A stretch of DNA of 56,244 bases from Octopus sinensis (GCF_006345805.1 NW_021833727.1:1-56244); one strand, 5' to 3'; numbered from the stretch's first letter, positions 1-13,919 are shown. The notes: generated from the letters alone by a model not told the origin. Numbers and translations are program-made.

Positions 1-640
1 TCAGCGTGATCTAAATTCAATTCAGAAGGGGGCAGAGGTAAACGACATTCAGTTTAAAGCTTCAAGAGTGCAAGAACGTCACTATCAGCTCCCAAATGCA
101 CCTCAGCCCGCGTACAGGAAACCCAAAGGCACTGCAATCTCGGTATGTGTAACGGTTTATGCGTTCATGTGCACATTATCAAGATGGCAAAGAGTGCAGA
201 CTTCACACAGGAGGGATACTAAGATCTTTCAAGCAAAGGGACAAAGAATCTCTCTTCACCTTGTGAAGGAGCTTTGTTTTCTCACGCCTGGTCTACCGGT
301 CTCAGCTGTGGTCATTACATAGCACCAAAATAATATCGGACCTTCAAGAGGTCTTAGCTGGCAACGTGAAATGAAGTGTTTTGTTCAAGAACAAAACGTG
401 TCACCCGGTCCAGGAAACGAAATGGCCATCTTACCATCATTGGTCATGACCCAAACCACTAGGCCACGTGCCTCAACTAAAGGACCACAGCTCTTTAAAT
501 GCCTGTCAGAAAAATTAAGAAACCTAAATAAAGTAGACGTGGAAGACTTCAAAGAGGAACTGAACATTCTCCTATGAACGATACGGGAAGAACCAATGAT
601 GTCCCATGAATTATAAATGAAGTTCGCAGTTTGAAAACCC
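1..640 (+). mobile_element. Degenerate CR1/L2-like LINE ORF2 3' remnant
   Basis: Translation KGPQLFKCLSEKLRNLNKVDVEDFKEELNILL*TIREEP resembles the C-terminus of CR1-group LINE ORF2 as I recall it (GPQLFNxLP..LR.....FK..LD..L..vPDEP). It overlaps in kind with the fragment at 29000-29180. Confidence 0.5.
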
Positions 641-769
641 TTCACAATGAAAAAGATCAACGACAATGTGAGGGGGAAGTATACACAGGAGTCCCACCAC
701 CCTGGAGAAATCAGACAAAGAAAAATATAGAAGAGTACAAAATAACGCCGGTGCTATAGCATGACCGCA

Positions 770-910
770 AGTGCATGTCTACCCAGCCCCGTAGTTCTAG
801 GTCCAATCCTTCGTGGTACACTGTGCAAGTGGCTTCTATTATATCCTCGCGCAAACCAAAGCCTTGTGACAGGATTTGGTAGAGGGAAACTGAAAGAGGC
901 GCGGGGTATA
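770..910 (+). mobile_element. SINE family A, 5' half, diverged
   Basis: Matches the copy at 15973 (caaagccttgtga..gatttggtaga.ggaaactgaaaga) and is followed by (TA)n. Confidence 0.7.
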
Positions 911-1002
911 TATATGTATATATATATATATATATTATATATTATATTCAAATGATATATATGTATGGATGTATGCATGTATATATATATATATATATGT
1001 GT

Positions 1003-1033
<31 letters not shown>

Positions 1034-1159
1034 GTGTTTGTGTGTATGCATTTATCCAAAGGAAAGGATGTTTTCAAAGAGAATTATTTCAAGTTTATAT
1101 AATATAGATTCTTACAATGTCAACAACACATTCTAGTTTCATATAACACAATAAGTGGC

Positions 1160-1290
1160 AAGCCGGTAGAACCGTTAGGGCACCGGCAAAAATACTTAGG
1201 TGAGGCCTTACGTTGTGATTTCAAATTTCGATAATGTCGACTTGGTCTTTTATCATTTCCGGGTCAATAAAGTGATTACTTACCGCTTTT
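1160..1290 (+). mobile_element. SINE family B, degenerate
   Basis: Weak match to 46840-47074 (gcaagccggtagaaccgttag...ttcaaatttcg...gtcgact). Confidence 0.45.
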
Positions 1291-2169
1291 GTTTCGCAGT
1301 AGGACTGAACCCAAAGCCAAATATTTGGGAAGCAACGTTTTTACCACACGGCCATTATTGCGTCTTCTCAGCAAGGTCGCTACATCTTCGTAATTAATAG
1401 CAAAGATGATGAGAAAAATAAGAAGCAGCAACAAATAAAATGAATGAAATAAAATAAATATATAAACAAATAAGCAAATAATTCGAAATTCTATGTATTC
1501 TATCTGTGTGGAAATTGCTCATAAACATTGAAATTGGAAGGGGGATTTTGGCTTGATGCTATCGGATATTTTGATCAGGCGTTCCGCTTCGTTTAAGTTA
1601 ATCTGTCAGTAGCCATAACAACTCAAAAAACAAGAAAGAAGGTAAAAACAGAACAACAAAAAAAAAAAAAACACAAACAACAACTGGGCGATGAGATAGA
1701 GGAAGGGAGAGACTGATGGTTGGGAGAATGAGTGAAAAAGAACGGAAGAAAGGAAGGTAAAATAAGAACCGTAAAAGAATTACAGAAAAATAAGACAAAT
1801 CCAAAAGCAAGTCCGGTAGTATATTAACGAACAGATGTAATAAATTTGGAAGGTTCAGGCGTTAAGATACTGGTCGATGGCTTCTCTTATTGAGTTATTT
1901 ATAGCCGTAAATCTTAAGGTCGCTTGCTACTGAGTGAGATGATGGGTTTGCTGTTGAAGCTGTTGTTGTTGTTGTTTTTAAGCTGCTTGTTTTGTTTTAT
2001 TTTGTAGACATCTTTCGATTTTTTTTCTTCTGTTTATCGTATTTTGCTTCATTCGTACCGAATCTTATTCAGATTGCTATTTTCCATTTCATCTAGATTC
2101 TCGTTTCTAGCATTGCTGCTTCTTTTTTTTTTTTTTTTTTAATATATATTTTCTCGCTTTCTCCTTTGA

Positions 2170-2362
2170 CACCGAACTGGCAGAATCGTTAGCACGCCGG
2201 ACAAAAGGTTTTGCGGCGTTTCTTTCGACTGTAATTCTGAGTTCAAATTCCACCGAGGTCCACTTTGCTGGTGGTCGATAAAATAATAACTGTTGAACAC
2301 TTTGATCGACGTAGTCGACTTATCCCTTCAAGGAAATTACTGTCCTTGGGCCAAAATTAGCA
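2170..2362 (+). mobile_element. SINE family B
   Basis: gaactggcagaatcgttagcacgccgg...gagttcaaattccaccgaggtc matches the other B copies; contains a B-box-like GAGTTCAAATTCC. Confidence 0.7.
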
Positions 2363-2487
2363 ATTATTGTTATTATTATTATTTCGTACGTACGTTAGTT
2401 TTTGAAGCGTTTAAATGTATTGTATAAAAAGTAGAAAAATATATCTTTCTAATTATTATTATTATTATCATTATTATTATTATTATT

Positions 2488-2910
2488 CAGTAGTTTTATT
2501 TTTATAGCGTGCTTTCACTTCACTACCGAGCGCAGCTCTGTGTGCCTTGGGTATGTGCTGTGATTTGTTGTGATGCTCTGATGGTTATTGTATGGAATGT
2601 TCTGCGTAGGATGTGTGCAGTGCCTAGTAGTGCAATTTCTGTATGTTATATGTGTTTGTAAGTCTGGTGTTTTTGTTATGTATTTGTCTGAATATTTTTT
2701 TATCATGCCTAATGCACCTACTATGATAGGAATTGTTTCTGTTTTCAGTTCCACATTCTATTGTACTTACCTCTATTTCCAGGTCTTTGTATTTTGAGAG
2801 TTTCTCCATTCTTTTAGAGACACGTTGTCATCAGCCGGTATTGATACATCAATTAGAAATCATTTTTTCTTCATGGTCTCTGACAACTATATCTGGTCTG
2901 TTGGCCTTAA
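2488..2910 (-). mobile_element. R4/Dong-clade non-LTR retrotransposon 3' fragment (restriction-like endonuclease domain and 3' UTR)
   Basis: Frameshifted minus translation KANRPDIVVRDHEEK..LIDVSIPADDNVSLKEMEKLSKYKDLEIEV..KTETIPIIVGALGMIKKYSDKYITKT..ALLGTAHILRRT shows the RPD-x-ID-x-K-K-Y RLE motif. Flanked by (TTA)n. Confidence 0.85.
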
Positions 2911-2925
2911 TTTCTTCTTCTTCTT

Positions 2926-3024
<99 letters not shown>

Positions 3025-3030
3025 GTTATT
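2911..3030. repeat. Compound (TTC)n(TTA)n microsatellite
   Basis: Seen directly. Confidence 0.97.
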
Positions 3031-3049
3031 ATTATTTTTATTAATATGT

Positions 3050-3245
3050 GTGTGACAAACTGGCAGAATTCAAAGCACTCCAGGCAATATGTATTCCGGC
3101 TTTCCGTTCTCAGCCGAAATGTCACCAAAGCCGACGTTGCCACTCATCAAATCGTCATCGATAAAATAAATAGATGTGGCGCATTCGTGCCGAGGTAATC
3201 GATTATACCGCTTCGCCAAAACTTCAGGCCTCGTCCCTATGGGAG
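3050..3245 (+). mobile_element. SINE family B, degenerate
   Basis: aactggcagaattc..agcactccagg..cgataaaataa..gtaatcgatt resembles the B consensus. Confidence 0.5.
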
Positions 3246-3645
3246 TAATGATTCGTTTATACGTTTGTGTCGTTGGTCGACTTTGCATGCGTGTTTGAGA
3301 GCGGGTTTGCGTGTGGGTTTGTGTATGTGTGTATGTCTGAGCGTGTATGTTCGTGTGTAAGGATGTGAGGCTGCGCGTGTACGAGTGTGTTCTGTACTTT
3401 TAGATGTATGAACAAAGTATGTAGGTGTATGAGTGCATGGAATTAGTAGATGCACGGAACTAGACTAGCAGACGGGAGGTAGAGAAGGAGGGACAGAGTA
3501 AAGAATGTAAATTAATGTAAGATTAGGTTCATTGTGGAGTAATATAATAGGACACAAAATAAAATATATATGTATACATATATACATACACACACATATA
3601 TAATATGCATGTATCCATATATACGAGTATATGTAAATATCTATC

Positions 3646-3694
<49 letters not shown>

Positions 3695-3697
<3 letters not shown>

Positions 3698-3885
3698 CGC
3701 GAGAAAGAAGCAACAAGAATGGATAGGTTTTTAGTACAATCGTTTCATACATGGACATGTATTTTAGCTGATGAGTACGGGACACGTTTACATGCTGCAA
3801 TTTTTGCAACTTTTAATAAAGCCTGTCCTTGTATGAAACGATTGACTAAAAACCTATCCATTCTGTTGCTTCTTTCTCGCTTATA
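3695..3885. mobile_element. MITE with ~58 bp terminal inverted repeats, TA-flanked (Tc1/mariner-type)
   Basis: Left arm 3699 gcgagaaagaagcaacaagaatggataggtttttagtacaatcgtttcatacatggaca is the near-perfect reverse complement of the right arm ending at 3880. TATA on both sides; no coding capacity. Confidence 0.85.
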
Positions 3886-3989
3886 ATCACCCACATACTG
3901 TATTGTTAAACCGTATAGTTTGTTTTGGTGCATCTAAGTTAGGTACCATATTCAAGTAAATTCATTTAAATTAACTTGAATCTTTATTG

Positions 3990-4015
3990 CTTTTTTGTAT
4001 ATATATATCTATATA

Positions 4016-4049
<34 letters not shown>

Positions 4050-4182
4050 GTATGTATTATATATATATATATATATATGTATATATGTTAATATTATATA
4101 TAATATATATATATATAATTATATATATTATATATATATGTATATATGCATGTATAATATTGCATGTGTCTATCTAAATATC

Positions 4183-4259
<77 letters not shown>

Positions 4260-4395
4260 GTCTATCTATCTCGTTCTATCATCTATCTTCTATCTATCTA
4301 TCGATCTATCGATCTATCTACCTATCTACCTATCTATCTATCTACCTATCTATCTATCGATCTATCTATCTATCTATCTACCTATCTATCTATCC

Positions 4396-4491
<96 letters not shown>

Positions 4492-4500
4492 CTCTATCAA
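3990..4500. repeat. (TA)n followed by a long (TATC)n microsatellite
   Basis: Seen directly; explains ORFs 3976..4521 and 4164..4538. Confidence 0.97.
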
Positions 4501-4989
4501 TCTACCATTGCGGGACTGTAATTACACAATGCAAATGACATGGAATCCATATATGCTGTTTAGCGAGTCGCTTTTCTCATTTGGTAATAGTTATTATATA
4601 CTATAAATAAATTTACCAAATGGTCGCAGACACTGTTCCACAAGATCTGTGATACCATGCAAAAGAATTGGCAGCAGTAGGTCGTACATGTACGTAGATT
4701 GTTTCAGAAGCTTAATAAAAGTGTATGATATTACTAAGACAGTGAAACTAAATTAAGATCAACGGAATATTATAGCAAGTAATCTCGGTGTAACCCCATA
4801 TAATTGATTTGGTCTCAGCAGCCAAATGATCAAATTATATCACATTCTAAACAATTTCGGTGCTTTTACAGAAACACACACAAACGCACACACAATCTCG
4901 CATGCACACACACACACACACACACATATATTTGTGAGTGTGTGTGAGTGCGTGTATGAATAATTATATATATATATATATATACTTTT

Positions 4990-5243
4990 ATGCCTTTACT
5001 CTTGTTTCGGTAGTTTGGCGGCGGCCATGCTGTAGCAGCGCCTTTAGTCCAACAAATCGACACCAGGACTTATTCGTTGTAAGATTTGTACTTAATCTAT
5101 CGCTCTCTATTGACGAACAGCTAGATTACGGGGACGTAAACACACCAGCATCGGTTGTGAAGCGATGTGAGGGACACATACATACACACAAGCATATATA
5201 TATATATGTATATATATATATTGTTGTGTATATTATATGTATA

Positions 5244-5330
<87 letters not shown>

Positions 5331-5490
5331 CATATACGGCAGGTTTCTTTCATCTCCGTCTACCAATTCCCACCCAGAAGGGTTTTGTCACTCCGAGGCT
5401 ATAGTAGGAAACACTTGCCAAAGATTGCCACGCATTGGGACTGAACCCGGAACCATGTGGTCGGTAAACGGGTTACTTACCATACACGCA
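4990..5490 (-). mobile_element. SINE family A, near full length, with expanded internal (TA)n
   Basis: Reverse complement of the 15973-16387 element; tRNA-like head near 5440-5490. Confidence 0.85.
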
Positions 5491-5937
5491 CAACACACAC
5501 ACACACATGTGTATATATGTAAAGATTAAAGCGGATAAGATGGGAAAACTGTTGGATGAGACTTGACAAATGCATTTAATGAAATGCTGTATAATGAAGT
5601 GAGCCGATTTTAGTGGTTTTTAAGAAGGCATCGCAAAATCACGTCTACTCGTGTAACGCACACCGAATCCCATACCTGAATCTTAGTGACATACGGATTG
5701 GAGCACTCAGAGTACACGCGTATTAGTTTCAGTCACCCTGACGACCCCCCCCCTATATATATATATAATGGATGCGCGCACTTGGGTGAATGTATCGCCA
5801 GTTCAACCAACGCACCAACTCAACCATAATTTACCGGGAATTCCCTTACCTCAGAAAGTTTGATCGCTATGTTAGCGACCGCCTTGAAATTTCTTAAGAC
5901 GACGAACGTAAATAAGTCTTCAAAGAAAAGCATACAC

Positions 5938-6010
<73 letters not shown>

Positions 6011-6057
6011 ATATATATATATATATGTATATATATATATGTGTGTGTATGTATATA

Positions 6058-6140
<83 letters not shown>

Positions 6141-6750
6141 ACATAACGGCAGGTTTCTTCAGTCTCCGTCTACCAATTCTACCCAGAAGGGTTTGGTCAC
6201 TCCGAGGCTATAGTAGGAAACACTTGCCAAAGATGCCACGCATTGGGACTGAACCCGGAACCATGTGGTCGGTAAACAGGGTTACTTACCATACACGCAC
6301 AAACACACACACACACATGTGTATATATGTAAAGATTAAAGCGGATAAGAATGGGAAAACTGTTGGATGAGACTTGACAAATGCATTTAATGAAATGCTG
6401 TATAATGAAAGTGAAACCGATTTTAGATGGTTTAAGAAGGCATCGCAAAATCACGTCTACTCGTGTAACGCACACCGGAATCCCATACCTGAATCTTAGT
6501 GACATACGGATTGGAGCACTCAGAGTACACGCGTATTAGTTTCAGTCACCCTGACGACCCCCCCCCTATATATATATATAATGGATGCGCGCACTTGGGT
6601 GAATGTATCGCCAGTTCAACCAACGCACCAACTCAACCATAATTTACCGGGAATTCCCTACCTCAGAAAGTTTGATCGCTATGTTAGCGACCGCCTTGAA
6701 ATTTCTTAAGACGACGAACGTAAATAGTCTTCAAAGAAAAGCATACACGT
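5335..6750. repeat. ~0.8 kb tandem duplication (5335-5940 and 6142-6750), probably an assembly artefact
   Basis: The two copies are near-identical, joined through (TA)n tracts, and differ mostly by 1-nt indels. Confidence 0.9.
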
Positions 6751-6763
6751 TTATATAATATAA

Positions 6764-6836
<73 letters not shown>

Positions 6837-6974
6837 GTATATATATATGTGTGTGTGTGTGTGGTGTATTTATATATATATATGTGTGTGTGTATTTATA
6901 TATTATATATTATATATATATGATCCAGTACATTCAAAGAATCATACCTACCTCTGTCTGTCTGTCTCTCTCTC

Positions 6975-7050
<76 letters not shown>

Positions 7051-7800
7051 GATATAGGTGTACATAAAAATACCGTATAATTCTTTATAATTCTTTGCAT
7101 ATGTAAATATGTGTGTGTCTGTGAGAGCATAATTCTGTCAAAGTCCTGGTCTTATATGCGCAAAAGCGAAGCTGCATAAGTACCAATTGAATTCACATGT
7201 CCATTCAGCAAGATTTAATAAACTAATGAAATGAATCCACAAATGACCAGAATACTTTGTTAAATATATGATATTCCGCAAAATTAATTTCATTAACATC
7301 GGATATCAATGTGCGTTTTTGCCTAAGAGTTGAGTTTTATTTCAAACTGAAGTATGCGACTCATTAGCAATTTAAACATCCATTTGTGGCCTAATAGTTA
7401 TGGGCGTTGTTTAGTTCTGAATTGACTATGTCTTGTTTAATCTACTATACATATATACAAACAAACATACACACAGATATATATCCATACATACGTACAT
7501 ACATACATACATACATACACACATACATCATACGTACATACATAAATACATACATACATACACATACATATACACATACTTTCTTTTATTCTTTAACTTG
7601 TTTCAGACAGTTTAACATAATAGCAAAGATATATGTTTCGATAGGTAGTTGTTTTCATATATGTTTTTATTTTTTCCCTTTCTGGACTGTAACCCCCACT
7701 AGGACACCACGGATTAAAGGTTTAATCATGGTGAGGTTGGATTGTGTAGGAGTATGTGAACTCTCATTGTCTCTCTTTATGTGTTGACTTCTTTAGTACA

Positions 7801-7835
<35 letters not shown>

Positions 7836-9840
7836 GTGTGTATTATTTATCCTGTCACCTTCAGTATGTGCATTTTCTTTATATAAGACTTTAGACTGTA
7901 TTTAGACGTGGGCATTAAGCTGTTTTATTTAGCAGGGCACGACTCGGGTTGTTTTACATCCCAATTTCCATCAAGAAATAAAATTTGGTTAACTATTGCA
8001 CCACTGACTTTCCTCTCTGCCAGGAATGATCAGTGATAGTAAATAACAAGTTTAGTCATGGCAACAACAATTAAACAATAATTGCGGTAACAATAAGAGG
8101 AACAACAACAACAACACAACGACAACAACAACAACATCAAGAAAATAGCAGTTATAGAAAACTGAGAGGTGTAAGACTTAACTATAGAATTCCGTGCAGC
8201 TCTATAAAAATATCATGGTGAACGAAGAAAATGCTTTTCTTAGCAATGTCTGTGACAGATTGACAATTAGAATTACAGAAATATGATTTAAAAGTGTCCT
8301 GTTATTAATTTTAGTTAAAAAATAAAATAAATGAAGAAGGAAAAGAGACAAAAACTATCAAAATGAAACAAAATGAATGCTATATGAAAAATTAACAAAA
8401 TAATAATATTGTAATCGGACAGACTAATAAATAACTAAATAAATATTATAACATAAAAAAAATGATATGAAAAAAATGTCATTAAAACGAATAAATAAGC
8501 GAAAAATTAACGTTTGTCAGTATAGGATTTCAACGAAGAAGCAGTTTTTAAAATTAAACCTGTGATCAACATCTTTCTCTCTCTCGTTCCCTCGATGTCC
8601 ATCTCTTTCTTTTTCTCTTTCTTTTCTCTTCCTTTTTCAGTCTTTCTTTCTCCATTCTTCTCTTTTCCCATCCTTCTCCATTTTCCTCTTTCTTTATGTT
8701 CAAATTTTGTTTTCCGTTCGCCTTTGTCATATTTATATTGTATGTAACAATTTATTATTGTTATATTTTTTGTTGGATATTTCTACATTTTAAACCTTTT
8801 ACTAGATGTATTTTACCCTTTTAAATGAAATGCAATTTGATTTTATACTGGCATTTCCTAAATAATAGCAGAGAAAATTCTCAGAATTTTATTACAATAA
8901 TAAACGAAACTATGTAAACCAAATAGAAACACAAAAATAATTTTATAACATAAATATAACACAAATTTAATGACTAAAATTTACAATTTTGTATTCATTT
9001 TCTTCTCCCTTTCTTTAAAAGTGAAATTTGGTAAGCGCAGTCTCAGAACGTTCGCAGATTGCACAAAGAATTTCTCTGCCATAATAGTTACAATCAGAAT
9101 GAAAATTATGGAAATGGTTTCAAAATGTTCTTGCCTGTTCATTGTGAAATTAGAAAAGAGCAACGCAAACCACCTCCCCTCATCTAAGAATGAAAAGTAA
9201 ATAGTTAAAAAACAAAAAAATATTTCGAATATTTCGAGTTAGCATCAACGTGCATAATCATAGCTCAACTCGGTAGGAGTAGCGGGGAAACCATTCTTTG
9301 CACAATAACATTACGTTTTGAAGATACGTGCTAAAAACAAGTGGTAGCCATCATATTTATTTTAAGTACGATGAGATGCTGAAAAGATCCCTGCGTTAAG
9401 GGTATCGCGAAAAGGCTGGTGAAGACCCAACATTCCGAGTTATTTTATATATAACGTCCAGAAAAACTGAAGGACCGCGTCAGCAAGTGTGGGAATCTTA
9501 GAGGAGAAAATGTGGAATAAAATCATAATTTACTGACTTTGTTAACTATGAGTTCACTTCGAACATGTTCCGCATCAATTGGACCTCCTCGGCGAAATAC
9601 AACGCCTTATGCATTTACCTGACTCTTGAACGGCAACGTACGAAACTAACTGAGAAAAGTCTCCTGCCGATCACTTGTGTATGAAGGACTTATAATTAAC
9701 AGGTGATCAACCAGTAGTGTTACAGATTGAACGAAACTAAAACGATTTGATCGCATGAAACACCACCATGCATTTATACAATGCTCTGCTAACCACACGA
9801 ATTTGCCATGTCATTTATTATGTCTAGAATTATATATATA

Positions 9841-10154
9841 TGGAGGCGCAATGGCCCTGTGGTTAGGGCAGCGGACTCGCGGTCGTAGGATCGCGGTTTC
9901 GATTCCCAGACCGGGGGTTGTGAGTGTTTATTGAGCGAAAAACACCTAAAGCTCCACGAGGCTCCGGCATGGGGTGGTGGCGATCCCTGCTGCACTCTTT
10001 CGCCACAACTTTCTCGCATTCTTTCTTCTGTTGGCCTTCTCGCTTAGCCAGCGGGGTGGCGTCATTTGAAGGCTAAAACAATGCGAAACGCATTGTGACC
10101 AGTGATGTGTAACAACATCTGATAGCCTGGTCGGTCACGGTGATCACGGTGATG
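9841..10154 (+). mobile_element. tRNA-derived SINE family C, full length
   Basis: A-box-like TGGCCCTGTGG and B-box-like GGTTTCGATTCC; 3' tandem cacggtgat; its 3' half recurs at 47320-47500. Confidence 0.85.
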
Positions 10155-10967
10155 TCTAAAATACTTATAAGAATACTTTGCAATATTACGGGCAACAATT
10201 TACTGCAGAAGTTACCGTTATTGTTAGGAGTGGTGGAAGTGGTAGCGACGGTGGCCAGCTTTGATTCACTTCGTTTGAGCTAATGGAAGAGGGGGTAATA
10301 TAATGAAACGGAGACAGAGTGTGTGATGTGATGTAGAAAATTGTGGCCGTGTGTCTCAATGGATGAATACCGAAGGCGATAATGTACTTATATAGGAAAT
10401 TCATAGAATTGGTTTGAGTATCTCCAAAACGGGTAGACAGGTTTTAATAAATGAATATGGATTATATTTTCCTAATTAACGTCATTATATAGAAGACAGT
10501 GCATCGCATAACTTTTAATTTAACGGTTTTAACAATATATCATTAACTATGTGCAATAAAAAATGGAAGTTTAAAGTATAAAAGTTCTAAGATATTCTGC
10601 AGACTAGATGGAGAGATATAATGTGATTCACAGACATGAATCATATCTGATAATATATTATTTATTAATAAAGTAAAATAGATCGTCCTTAATGAAGTAC
10701 TTAATAAAGAAAATGTTATTTAATAGCAGATTTACATGTTCTCAATTATCTTTATATTGCTTTCGCATTTTAGTTACCCTCCATTCAATAAATCTTACTC
10801 AACATCAATTTCATTGTAAAATTGTTATTCATTTTGAAGAATCGATAAGTTAAACTAGAATCGGTTTCAAATATATTTAGCTCGGAGAGTGTTATAATAC
10901 TCTACAAGGCATGTATTAATAGAGACATTACGTGTGTTCTATCTAGTAAAAGCAAGCCTTATATCTA

Positions 10968-11014
<47 letters not shown>

Positions 11015-11029
11015 CATCTATCTATATAA

Positions 11030-11324
11030 TTATATATATGTATATAGGGAGAGTTTACGAAAAAAGAAAACAAAAGACAAAGACAGGTGGTGTATAAAAC
11101 AAACAGATGTATTAGCATAACGCTCAGGAATAGAAAAAGTCTTTTACGTTTCGAGCCTACTCTCTTCTACAAAAAGGGACACAAAAAACAAAAAAAAAGG
11201 AGAGCAACAAGGAGTGAAAAAAAGTGTGTAGTGGCTAACAATCTATCATGGCGACTGACTGCCGGACAGAAGGATCACACAAGGGAGCGAAGAAATAGGG
11301 GAGATAACACAGTAAAGAGTATAA
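11030..11324 (-). mobile_element. Penelope-like terminal repeat fragment with a decayed hammerhead core
   Basis: Homologous to 25605-25790 and 34085-34300 (cgctcagga...ttttacgtttcgagc..ctctt). Flanked by the 17-nt direct repeat tgcatctatctatataa (11013-11029 and 11325-11341). Confidence 0.6.
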
Positions 11325-11352
11325 TGCATCTATCTATATAACTATATATATA

Positions 11353-11391
<39 letters not shown>

Positions 11392-11444
11392 TATATATAT
11401 ATATATATATATATATAACTATATATATATATATATATATATAT

Positions 11445-12450
11445 TATCGCCTTAATTTTCTGCAATGCGTTTCCGTCTATCTGGTAGACTTGCAAGGCTT
11501 CACTTCCAAAGCTCATTTGTCTGTGAGGAAAAATGCTCCTCCACTACTGTTCTGACATCATCTACAGAAGTCATATTTTAACCGTCCAAATGATGCTGAA
11601 CACTGCAGAATATATGATAATCAGATGGGGAAATGTCCGGCGAATATGGTGGGTGGTGTACGTTTCCCATTCAAACTGTTTTAGCCATTAAAATATCATC
11701 CTCGCTGTATGTGGCCAAACATCATCCTGATAGAAGAGCGTCTTTCGTCTTGAAACCAATGTTGGTCGTTTTACTTTTAGCGCTGACTTAAGCCACTCAA
11801 GCCGCTAGCAGTAGATCACATTTGTTATCTTTTGGTTTGGGTTTGAAAGGTTAAAGTAGACTAAACCTTTCATATTCCACTAAACATATAACAGTACCTT
11901 ACCTGGGTGAAGACCTTCTGTAGCCCGGGCTGCCGGTTTTTTTCCTTCATCTACCTACTTTCCTCTGCGCTTGGCATTTTTATAGGGAACCCATTTCTCA
12001 CCACTAGTCACTATTCGATCCAAATCAAGGTTCATTCGTGAGACGTAACAGCAAAGAAGGGCACATATTCATTCTCTGCACATGATTAGACTGGGAATGT
12101 TTTTGAGGAATACATTGACCAAATGTTGATGAATGGTTGACTGATTTAATCTAAGATTCTCTGCTAATTCCTCAACAGTTACGATGGGGTTTTCTTCCAC
12201 TAGGGTTTGCAGGACGTCCTCGACGAGCTCTACATATCTTTCATGACGAAGCTCGTCTTCTACGTTGTAGTTTCCGGTTCGGAATTTCTGGAACTACCGT
12301 CGATACCGAATTTCACTTATTATTCGATTTCCATATACTGAATTAATATTCATCGCACTTTCCGTTGCATGTGTTGCCTTTATTAAAGTCATAAAGTAAA
12401 ATATCACCACGAAACACAGATCACATTTTAACGAGTGTAGTCCTGATGTG
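11445..12450 (-). pseudogene. Degenerate mariner transposase
   Basis: Frameshifted minus translation gives ATESAMNINSVYGNRIISE, EDVLQTLVEENPIVTVEEL, GLHPGKVLL, HQDDVWPHTAR and HPPYSPDISPSDYHIFCSVQHHLDG, i.e. the mariner HTH region and DD34D domain with the YSPD motif. A TIR-like end lies at ~13050-13082. Confidence 0.85.
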
Positions 12451-13076
12451 GGAATGAATTCTCCTTTTTCAATCGACCCGAGATACAATCGTTAATGCTT
12501 GATGCGATTATAGAGGGCTTCTCCTTCATCAGTTGTGTTTATTCTACGCAGGAATGCTCCGTTTGCAATCTACACTTCAATGATGAGAAGAGAGCTCTTA
12601 TTATACTGTGAAGTGGAATCCATTGATGGAATTTATACACTCTATCTCTCTGATGCATGAAACGGAACCCTTGTAAGGTTTGTTTTAGACTTTTTTTCAA
12701 CTGAGGCTTTTAGAAGTTCAATACTAACGAAGCTTGATCGTGCAGACCAGGAAATGTACGTGAAATGAAATTCTGAAGCGAAACTGGTCAAAAAATCATA
12801 AACATGTCCGCAGAGTTAAAACATCGTTTCCATAAGACAGAACAAATATCTATTGCTGCTTCCATTGCTGAAGGACCCCCTTTGGATCCATGCAGCATGA
12901 AGTGTGTCCTGTGGATTTAGTGGAAACTAATTTTCAAATCGATACGAGGCAAACCACTATGGCAGAAATCAATCTGTAAAGTAAGACAAGGAATTTAGAG
13001 TGAGAAATTAATGCTCACTTTACCGTAATTATTGAGAAATGATCATATCAAAAATGGACCGGACTTTCATTTCAAA

Positions 13077-13110
<34 letters not shown>

Positions 13111-13189
13111 TATATACAACGATATATATATAGAGAGAGAGAGAGACTGACAGAGAGAGATGGATATAGATATAAATATAGATACACAT

Positions 13190-13500
13190 GTATATACTTA
13201 TACACTCACTCACACACGCACACTCACACACATATATAAGTACAGTCAATTTTAATACTACTACTACTAATACTATTACTATAACTACTACTACTACACT
13301 ACTACTACTGCTGCTGCTGCTGTTGTTGCTGCTGCTACTGCTACTACTACTGTTGCTACTGCTGCTGATGAGGATAATGTTGATGATTATTGTTATTATT
13401 ACTTTGATTATTATTAATATTGTTATCATTGATTTTTATCATTATCGTTATCATTATCATTATTATTGTTATTATCACCATTATTATTACCATTCAGTGT
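13190..13500. repeat. Compound (CA)/(CTA)/(CTG)/(ATT) microsatellite
   Basis: Seen directly. Confidence 0.95.
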
Positions 13501-13919
13501 CTGCATCTTACCAAGCATAATGGTAGGATAATTCTCAAATTTTTTTTCACACATCAACGGCTTTTAATTAATCGTTTTTTCTTTTTCATTTATTTTGTCT
13601 CTGATAATATCAATTCGAACGCTCCACCCGCTCACATTCCCTCAACCTCCACCGCCATCAATCACCAATAAGTGCTTCCTCAAGCCATATCATTCCCCAT
13701 AAACTCCATCGACCCCTTCCTTCACACCTCACTCAAAACATTGCACTATATTCAATGTCACTTGTTGTTGGTATAAAAACAAAATAAAGAGCGAACTGTA
13801 CCAGATAATGTCCTACTTACTCTTAAAAGCCTTATGGCTGGAGCTGACACGCTTTTGATCATAGGTTAGAATCTAATATTTAGATGATGACCTGATGTTG
13901 TATCAACAGCAATAATAAA

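Noticed and set aside
3763-3790. CTGATGA in the centre of the MITE as a possible hammerhead core
   Set aside because: No stem II, GAAA or NUH arrangement follows.
8981-9163. Minus ORF with a signal-peptide-like N-terminus (MNRQEHFETISIIFILIVTIMAE...)
   Set aside because: Only 60 aa, within chance expectation, and its phase does not chain to the nearby exon candidate at ~7940-8020.
9841-9915. tRNA-like sequences here and at 15973, 26700-26779 and 42990
   Set aside because: They have A/B boxes but no complete cloverleaf and run directly into SINE bodies; they are SINE heads, not tRNA genes.
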